This document shows, one piece after another, positions 58,726-64,000 of a stretch of DNA of 64,000 nucleotides (position 1 is the first letter of the stretch; each line of letters starts with the position of its first letter). The notes under the pieces were generated by a model that did no database searches, was not told the origin of the DNA, and saw only the letters and a list, made by a program, of their open reading frames with translations. The position numbers and the translations under genes were made by a program. The DNA is from a virus (lineage: Duplodnaviria; Caudoviricetes). The DNA lies in the IMG/VR virus record IMGVR_UViG_3300042561_002102; one strand, 5' to 3'.

Positions 58726-59440
58726 ACAATCTAAGTAGTCTTTCGAGCTCTATATGTTTAATAAGATCAAAATCTGAAGCTGTAAGATCCAGTTTAGGTT
58801 CAATTTTTTCGATAGCCCAGTCCATCACTGAAAGGTTATTTCTTTTTGGATCAAGTAGTGACTTACAAGTAGCTTCGAGTAAGATTTTCATCTTTACCTC
58901 TTGAGAGTTTCTATCAAATTTACGTATATGACGTTGAACTCGCATATCAGGCACTTTTTCATCAAATAGATTACTCAACTGAATCTCGCGAAGCTCTTGC
59001 TGGGTAGCTCTACGAAAAGCGCCAATCGCGAGCCACCTTTGATAACCTTCTATTTTGACCTTCACATCAAACCATCTACCTGATGAACCACGTTGAACTT
59101 TATTAACTTCTAGAATCTTGTAAAACTCACCACGTCGAAGGTATTTAGAAGACTCCCTTTCACAAACTAAAATCTCACCTCGAGTAAGTTGTTCGGGATT
59201 TTCAACCCAGGTTTTATAATCACTACCTACTCCATATCCAGAGGCTGTCCAGTTTGTTACCGGGATGGGATTTCCATTCTCAAGTGTGAAATATTCAGGC
59301 AAGTAGTGACCTAGAGATTTAATAACTACGTAAGGTCTAAAAAAACGATTGGTGTTTCCACTAACCATAACGGTTTTAACGCATTCGTAAGTTGCTCCTT
59401 TGACTAGACTTCGGTTTGCCTTTACACATTTCAAGTTCAT
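58724..59440 (-). CDS. Hypothetical protein (two similar SH3-like modules)
   Basis: 238-aa ORF; TATATTTG host-type -7 element upstream at ~59457-59464. Confidence 0.8.
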   Translation of the reverse strand: MNLKCVKANRSLVKGATYECVKTVMVSGNTNRFFRPYVVIKSLGHYLPEYFTLENGNPIPVTNWTASGYGVGSDYKTWVENPEQLTRGEILVCERESSKYLRRGEFYKILEVNKVQRGSSGRWFDVKVKIEGYQRWLAIGAFRRATQQELREIQLSNLFDEKVPDMRVQRHIRKFDRNSQEVKMKILLEATCKSLLDPKRNNLSVMDWAIEKIEPKLDLTASDFDLIKHIELERLLRL

Positions 59441-59503
59441 AGATTACTTTTTTTTACAAATATACGAAAAACTTTTCAGAGTTTATATATACAAACTAAA
59501 ATT

Positions 59504-59977
59504 ATGAAATACCCCGTAACCAGAGAAGGCCTACAAAAAATGGAAGGCGAACTAAAAGACCTAAGATCCAACAAACTTAGACGAGCGATTGAACTTTTAC
59601 AAGATGCTAGAGAAAGAGGTGATCTTCTAGAAAACTCAGAATATCATACTGCTCGAGAAATCTACGAAGATTGTCAGAACCGTATCCAAAAACTCGAACA
59701 TCTTATATCTACAGCGCTTATCATCGAACAAGGCGCAGTTGGATCACAAACCGTTCAAATACTAACACTTGTTAGCGTCAAGAACCAAAAGACCGGAACT
59801 ATCCAAAAATTTGAGATTGTTCCAGAAAACGAGATAGATACCAAATCCGGGAAAATATCCTATAAAAGTCCGGTGGGTAGTGGTCTTATCGGAAAATCTC
59901 GAGGCGAGAGCGCTACTATACAAACACCAACTGGATCTATTGAACTTGAAATCTTAGATATTTCACCCTTAATCTAA
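59504..59977 (+). CDS. greA: Transcription elongation / cleavage factor GreA
   Basis: ARERGDLLENSEY (catalytic D and E), ISYKSPVGSGLIGK. Confidence 0.93.
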   Translation: MKYPVTREGLQKMEGELKDLRSNKLRRAIELLQDARERGDLLENSEYHTAREIYEDCQNRIQKLEHLISTALIIEQGAVGSQTVQILTLVSVKNQKTGTIQKFEIVPENEIDTKSGKISYKSPVGSGLIGKSRGESATIQTPTGSIELEILDISPLI

Positions 59978-59983
59978 AAAAAA

Positions 59984-60865
59984 ATGAATATAAGAGAACT
60001 TTTTCTAGAACTCACTACTAGAACGTATCCTTCTGGAACTGAAGATGAGATGTTTCATCTTTTACCAAAAGGAACTATTCGTGATTTTTCTGGAAATTAT
60101 TTTATAGAAATCGGAGATTCTCAAACTATTTTTACCTCTCATTTAGATACGCACGGAGATACCGTTCAACCTATCAATCATCGTTTCAGTGGAGATCTTA
60201 TTCTCTCTGATGGTAAGACTATACTTGGTGCTGACGATAAAGCAGGTGTCTCTCTAATGATGTATATGATACACCACAAAGTTCCAGGTCTCTATTACTT
60301 TTTTAGATCAGAAGAAGTAGGATGCCTTGGTTCAAAAGAAATAGCTAATGAGATGAACTTGAGTAACTGGAAAAGAATTGTATCTTTTGATAGACGAGGA
60401 TATAACTCAGTAGTAACCCATCAATCTTTGGTAAGAACTTGTAGTGATGATTTTGCTAACTCACTCGCCCAAAAACTAAATAGACACGGACTTGAGTATA
60501 AACTAGATACTCAAGGTGTTTCATCTGATTCTTACTCTTTTATCGATAATATTTGTGAATGTACGAACTTATCGGTTGGATACCAAAACGAACACCTCAC
60601 CAAAGAATCTCAAGATATACGGTTTCTTGATCTACTTGCTACAACTCTTATTAGAATAGATTGGGAAGATTTACCTACACAAAGAAAACCTCGACAAAGA
60701 GAATGGATCGGTCAATCTCAAATCAAACCATCAGATTATAAACCTCCACAAAAATCTTCTAAATCTTCAAATAAGGTTTCGACTGAATCTAAGAAATCAA
60801 AGAAATTCTCGAAAAGATTAAATCTTTTTGGTTCAAGTAAAGAATCAGGCTTCTGGACTCGCTGA
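59984..60865 (+). CDS. M20/M28 family metallopeptidase
   Basis: SHLDT, LGADDKAG, SEEVG, SFDRRG, EH. Confidence 0.88.
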   Translation: MNIRELFLELTTRTYPSGTEDEMFHLLPKGTIRDFSGNYFIEIGDSQTIFTSHLDTHGDTVQPINHRFSGDLILSDGKTILGADDKAGVSLMMYMIHHKVPGLYYFFRSEEVGCLGSKEIANEMNLSNWKRIVSFDRRGYNSVVTHQSLVRTCSDDFANSLAQKLNRHGLEYKLDTQGVSSDSYSFIDNICECTNLSVGYQNEHLTKESQDIRFLDLLATTLIRIDWEDLPTQRKPRQREWIGQSQIKPSDYKPPQKSSKSSNKVSTESKKSKKFSKRLNLFGSSKESGFWTR

Positions 60866-61060
60866 TATAATATCTTTACGAGTGATTAGCTCGGCGGGTG
60901 CGTTTTTTATTTGTGAACCAGCCACCCCGTGATCTACTAAATACTTTCTACCACGAATTTCTTTAATACGCACCGGTGTTATCATGCCGTTATACCAATA
61001 AGATATATAAACAACATCATCTACTCCATAGTAGTTACTCCATTCGAGTAAGTATTCCAT
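60845..61060 (-). CDS. Small hypothetical protein
   Basis: 71 aa, MEYLLEWSNY start, AATATATA upstream. Confidence 0.7.
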   Translation of the reverse strand: MEYLLEWSNYYGVDDVVYISYWYNGMITPVRIKEIRGRKYLVDHGVAGSQIKNAPAELITRKDIISASPEA

Positions 61061-61072
61061 AGAGAGTATATA

Positions 61073-61846
61073 TTATTTTGTAAGTCTGTTTTTAAGCATT
61101 TTTGCTACGACACGTGAGTTATTTTCGAGATTCTCGTTACCGATAATCCAATCTAGGTAATCAAGGTTTTCCCGAACAAGTGTTCCTTTCCATTTTCCTT
61201 TACCAAAAAAGAACTCACCATCTTTATGACGAAACCATCCTGAAAAATCTAGGATTTTTTCTCCGTATTGAGTAGAACGTATAATACTTGAGATTTCATT
61301 CATCGGTGTTTCTTCAAGTCCATAGAGTTTGATCTGGTGCTCGAAAACACGAATCGTTGCTTGAATATCATTTAGCGCTGAGTGCTGTCCATCAAAAGTT
61401 TCACCAAAGAAACGTTTATAGACTTCACCGAGCTTTCTAGTCTCGAATTTATTGAGAAGATTGTAGCAATCAATAATATTGACACCGAAAAAATTAATGT
61501 TTTTACCACACCTTGAAAATTCTTCATAGAGTATAGGTATATCAAAAAGTAAGCAGTTGTATCCACCAAGATCACATCCATTAAAGAAGTTGAAAAGATC
61601 ATCTGAAAGATCCTTGAAAGTAGGACATCCTACCAAGTCTTCGTTTTTTATACCATGAACTTCTGTAGCTTGTGGGTGGATTTCTTTTTCTGGGTTTATT
61701 CTACTTTGATAGGTTAGTTTTGAGCCGTCTTTTTTAAATTTTATAGCACAAATCTCGATTATTCTATCTTCTTTTAAGAGAATACCGGTTGTTTCAAGAT
61801 CAAAAAAGATAATATCTTTTTCAATTTTATCAAAAATAGTTTTCAA
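61073..61846 (-). CDS. DEDDh 3'-5' exonuclease (DnaQ-like)
   Basis: FFDLETTG, YN..FD, HSALND; TTG start. Confidence 0.9.
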   Translation of the reverse strand: MKTIFDKIEKDIIFFDLETTGILLKEDRIIEICAIKFKKDGSKLTYQSRINPEKEIHPQATEVHGIKNEDLVGCPTFKDLSDDLFNFFNGCDLGGYNCLLFDIPILYEEFSRCGKNINFFGVNIIDCYNLLNKFETRKLGEVYKRFFGETFDGQHSALNDIQATIRVFEHQIKLYGLEETPMNEISSIIRSTQYGEKILDFSGWFRHKDGEFFFGKGKWKGTLVRENLDYLDWIIGNENLENNSRVVAKMLKNRLTK

Positions 61847-61858
61847 GTTAGGTGTGAT

Positions 61859-62263
61859 TTAAGAGCCGAGTTGTTTAGCTAACTTATATCTTGATTGACG
61901 AGGAAGTTTTTTAATTTTTTTCCAGCCAAGTGCTCCGTGAAAGCCAACACCTGATAGATCATCAACTACAAAAATGAGATGTTTGATACCCTGGTAGGAT
62001 TCATCTAATGTTTTCTCTAAAAAAATAATGAAATCTTTTTGCTCTTGAGAAAAGAGGAACTCACCTTCAAAATGGTTGAAGAATCTAAAGTGTCCAGGAT
62101 AAATCTCGATCCAACCACCAAATCCTATAATTGTATCCTGTTTTTCGAGGTAGTAAAGATTCCATTTATCTTCTAGATCCATCGAGAAGATTTCCAGAAA
62201 TTTATCTTTTGCCCAATCTTTTGTTAGAGAGCAGATTCTTTTTGGTGAGCTATGTTCAATCAC
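61859..62263 (-). CDS. Hypothetical protein, possibly degenerate GNAT fold
   Basis: IIGFGG and GFHGALGWKK; weak. Confidence 0.6.
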   Translation of the reverse strand: MIEHSSPKRICSLTKDWAKDKFLEIFSMDLEDKWNLYYLEKQDTIIGFGGWIEIYPGHFRFFNHFEGEFLFSQEQKDFIIFLEKTLDESYQGIKHLIFVVDDLSGVGFHGALGWKKIKKLPRQSRYKLAKQLGS

Positions 62264-62265
62264 TT

Positions 62266-62841
62266 TTAAATATTCAAATACGAACGAAACTTCATTAGAC
62301 CCCAGTCTGTTATTATATCAGAAGGAATCAAATTGTTTATGTATTTTATATCTACACCTACTGTATGTGAAAGACTCTCGGTTCTACTACCATCACCACG
62401 AATAGGTATTTCATCATAATCACGAGAGGTTAGATTAATAATAGAGAAATAAACTTTATTGACTTGACTTTTGTTGAAAAAGAAAGGTGGTTCAAAGTTT
62501 AATTTAAAGGTATCAGAAAGAACAAGTCCGGCCTCTTCTTGTAGTTCTCTAAGTAGTGCTGTTTCTGGTGATTCACCTTCTTCGATACCACCACCAACGA
62601 GAGCTAAGTGATATTCAGAACCATCTCTATACTTGAATGTAGGTATGTATTCTTTTCTTATAATAAACTTGTTTTTCTCAATTAGATAGGGAATACAAAA
62701 AACTGCGTCTTTTTGTTCGACTAGTGACCAGTCTTCGTATTCAATAACTTTCATAAAATCGTTGGACCATTTAACCCCCTTATGGTTTTTAGATGAAAAC
62801 TCATCAACTAGTTTAGGTTTAATTTTTGAGAATGGTTTCAT
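62266..62841 (-). CDS. NUDIX hydrolase
   Basis: GGIEEGESPETALLRELQEEAG Nudix box. Confidence 0.92.
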   Translation of the reverse strand: MKPFSKIKPKLVDEFSSKNHKGVKWSNDFMKVIEYEDWSLVEQKDAVFCIPYLIEKNKFIIRKEYIPTFKYRDGSEYHLALVGGGIEEGESPETALLRELQEEAGLVLSDTFKLNFEPPFFFNKSQVNKVYFSIINLTSRDYDEIPIRGDGSRTESLSHTVGVDIKYINNLIPSDIITDWGLMKFRSYLNI

Positions 62842-62875
62842 AATACAGAGGTATATATAAAAATTATAGAGTTGA

Positions 62876-64000
62876 TTAATTCACTATCCAGGTTCCAACA
62901 GCTGAAGTTACTATCCAGTCACCGTTTGTATTCACTGAAATAAGAGCTGCTGCGTCTCTAGCGAAAGCCGCGGTCGATTGAATGTAACCACTTGTTACAG
63001 TTTCACTATCACCGAAATATATTTTCTTTCCCGATGGTGCTTGAACTCTATACCAACAATCACTTTGTGGTCCGAATCCAACAAACCTACATTCAGTTCC
63101 AATACTTGTTACGGCAGGTAGAGTTATTGTAATAAAACACGATTCGGCTATATTACCGTAATTTTCTTGAGAAGTTCCGTCGTTAGGCCAACTTGTCCAG
63201 AGTAAGTAATTATAACCTGAACTACCAGAAGTACCGGAGGAATTAGAAACACCTGAAGTTCCAGCAGATCCTGAAGTTCCAGAAGTTCCAGAAGATCCTC
63301 TGGAACCTGAGCTGCCTGAGGTTCCGGATGATCCCCTAGATCCAGAGGAACCAGAAGTTCCGGATGATCCCCTAGATCCAGAGGAACCAGAAGTTCCAGA
63401 TGAACCAGATGATCCTGAATTACCGGAAGTTCCTGATGAACCTCTAGAACCTGATGATCCTGAAGTTCCTGATGATCCAGAGGATCCAGATGAACCTGAA
63501 GTTCCTGATGAGCCCCTAGAACCCGATGATCCTGAAGTTCCTGATGATCCTGATGAACCTGTAGTTCCCGAAGAACCAGAAGATCCTGATGAACCAGAAG
63601 TCCCAGAATTACCATCTACGCCAGCAGTTCCAGAAGATCCTGATGATCCCGATGAACCTGAAGTTCCCGAAGAACCAGAAGATCCCGATGAACCAGAAGT
63701 TCCCGAGGAACCTCTAGATCCCGACGAACCAGAAGTTCCTGATGAACCTGATGAACCTGAATTACCAGAAGTTCCAGAAGAACCAGAAGATCCAGACGAA
63801 CCAGAAGTTCCTGATGAACCGGACGAACCTGAATTACCAGAAGTTCCTGATGAACCTGAAGATCCCGATGAACCGGAAGTTCCTGATGAACCTGAGGATC
63901 CAGATGAACCAGAAGTTCCAGAAGAACCTGATGAACCAGAGGTTCCGGAAGATCCCGATGAACCTGAATTACCAGAAGTTCCAGAAGATCCAGAAGATCC
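62876..64000 (-). CDS. Collagen-like (Gly-Ser-Ser/Gly-Thr-Ser) fibre protein, C-terminal part (absent from ORF track)
   Basis: Manual translation: GSSGSSGTSGNSG... then ~115-aa globular tip ending ...SAVGTWIVN* at 62876; frame open from 64000. Confidence 0.88.
   Translation of the reverse strand, partial: GSSGSSGTSGNSGSSGSSGTSGSSGSSGTSGSSGSSGSSGTSGSSGSSGSSGTSGNSGSSGSSGTSGSSGSSGSSGTSGNSGSSGSSGTSGSSGSRGSSGTSGSSGSSGSSGTSGSSGSSGSSGTAGVDGNSGTSGSSGSSGSSGTTGSSGSSGTSGSSGSRGSSGTSGSSGSSGSSGTSGSSGSRGSSGTSGNSGSSGSSGTSGSSGSRGSSGTSGSSGSRGSSGTSGSSGSRGSSGTSGTSGSAGTSGVSNSSGTSGSSGYNYLLWTSWPNDGTSQENYGNIAESCFITITLPAVTSIGTECRFVGFGPQSDCWYRVQAPSGKKIYFGDSETVTSGYIQSTAAFARDAAALISVNTNGDWIVTSAVGTWIVN
63215..64000 (-). 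repeat. Gly-X-Y triplet repeat (9-bp periodicity)
   Basis: gaacc/gatcc/agttcc units at 9-bp period. Confidence 0.92.

Noticed and set aside
63215-64000. Possible CRISPR array or satellite
   Set aside because: 9-bp periodicity with synonymous variation and no unique spacers; it encodes Gly-X-Y.
1-64000. Stop-codon reassignment (Lak-type TAG to Gln)
   Set aside because: Long genes (1918, 1030, 851 aa) are intact under code 11, and TAG ends normal-length genes such as clpP and the S1 homolog.
1-64000. tRNA, rRNA, integrase, transposase, DGR template/variable repeats, invertible repeats
   Set aside because: None recognised by eye. tRNAscan-SE/Infernal and a self dot-plot would be needed to exclude them formally.

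Overview
This is a 64-kb, AT-rich, gene-dense segment of a large T4-like (myovirus-type, probably jumbo) phage genome in the standard genetic code. The host is probably Bacteroidota: there are TAnnTTTG promoters, no Shine-Dalgarno sequences, and Bacteroidota-type ClpS/ClpP. Core genes are terminase large and probable small subunits, gp25, gp15, a gp55-like late sigma, clamp loader, gp41-like helicase, DinG-like helicase, NrdA, DnaQ-like exonuclease and only the N-terminal half of a split PolB. Host-like genes are a bS1 homolog, GreA, ClpP, ClpS, an M20/M28 peptidase, NUDIX, GNAT, carbamoyltransferase, a nicotinamidase-like hydrolase and a Pol-beta nucleotidyltransferase. Several putative virion proteins carry Thr/Pro mucin-like or Gly-Ser-Ser collagen-like stalks. 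Best candidates for new biology: (1) a host-promoter-driven cassette of type IIG REase-MTase, MORC/GHKL ATPase and UDG-superfamily glycosylase (40.3-45.3 kb); (2) about 10 proteins, several of them enzyme-like, sharing a T4-CTS-like N-terminal tag that suggests capsid packaging; (3) modular mucin-stalk proteins with a shared N-terminal anchor; (4) three distinguishable promoter classes. No tRNA, rRNA, CRISPR array, integrase or transposase was recognised. All family assignments come from motif recognition by eye and no searches were run.
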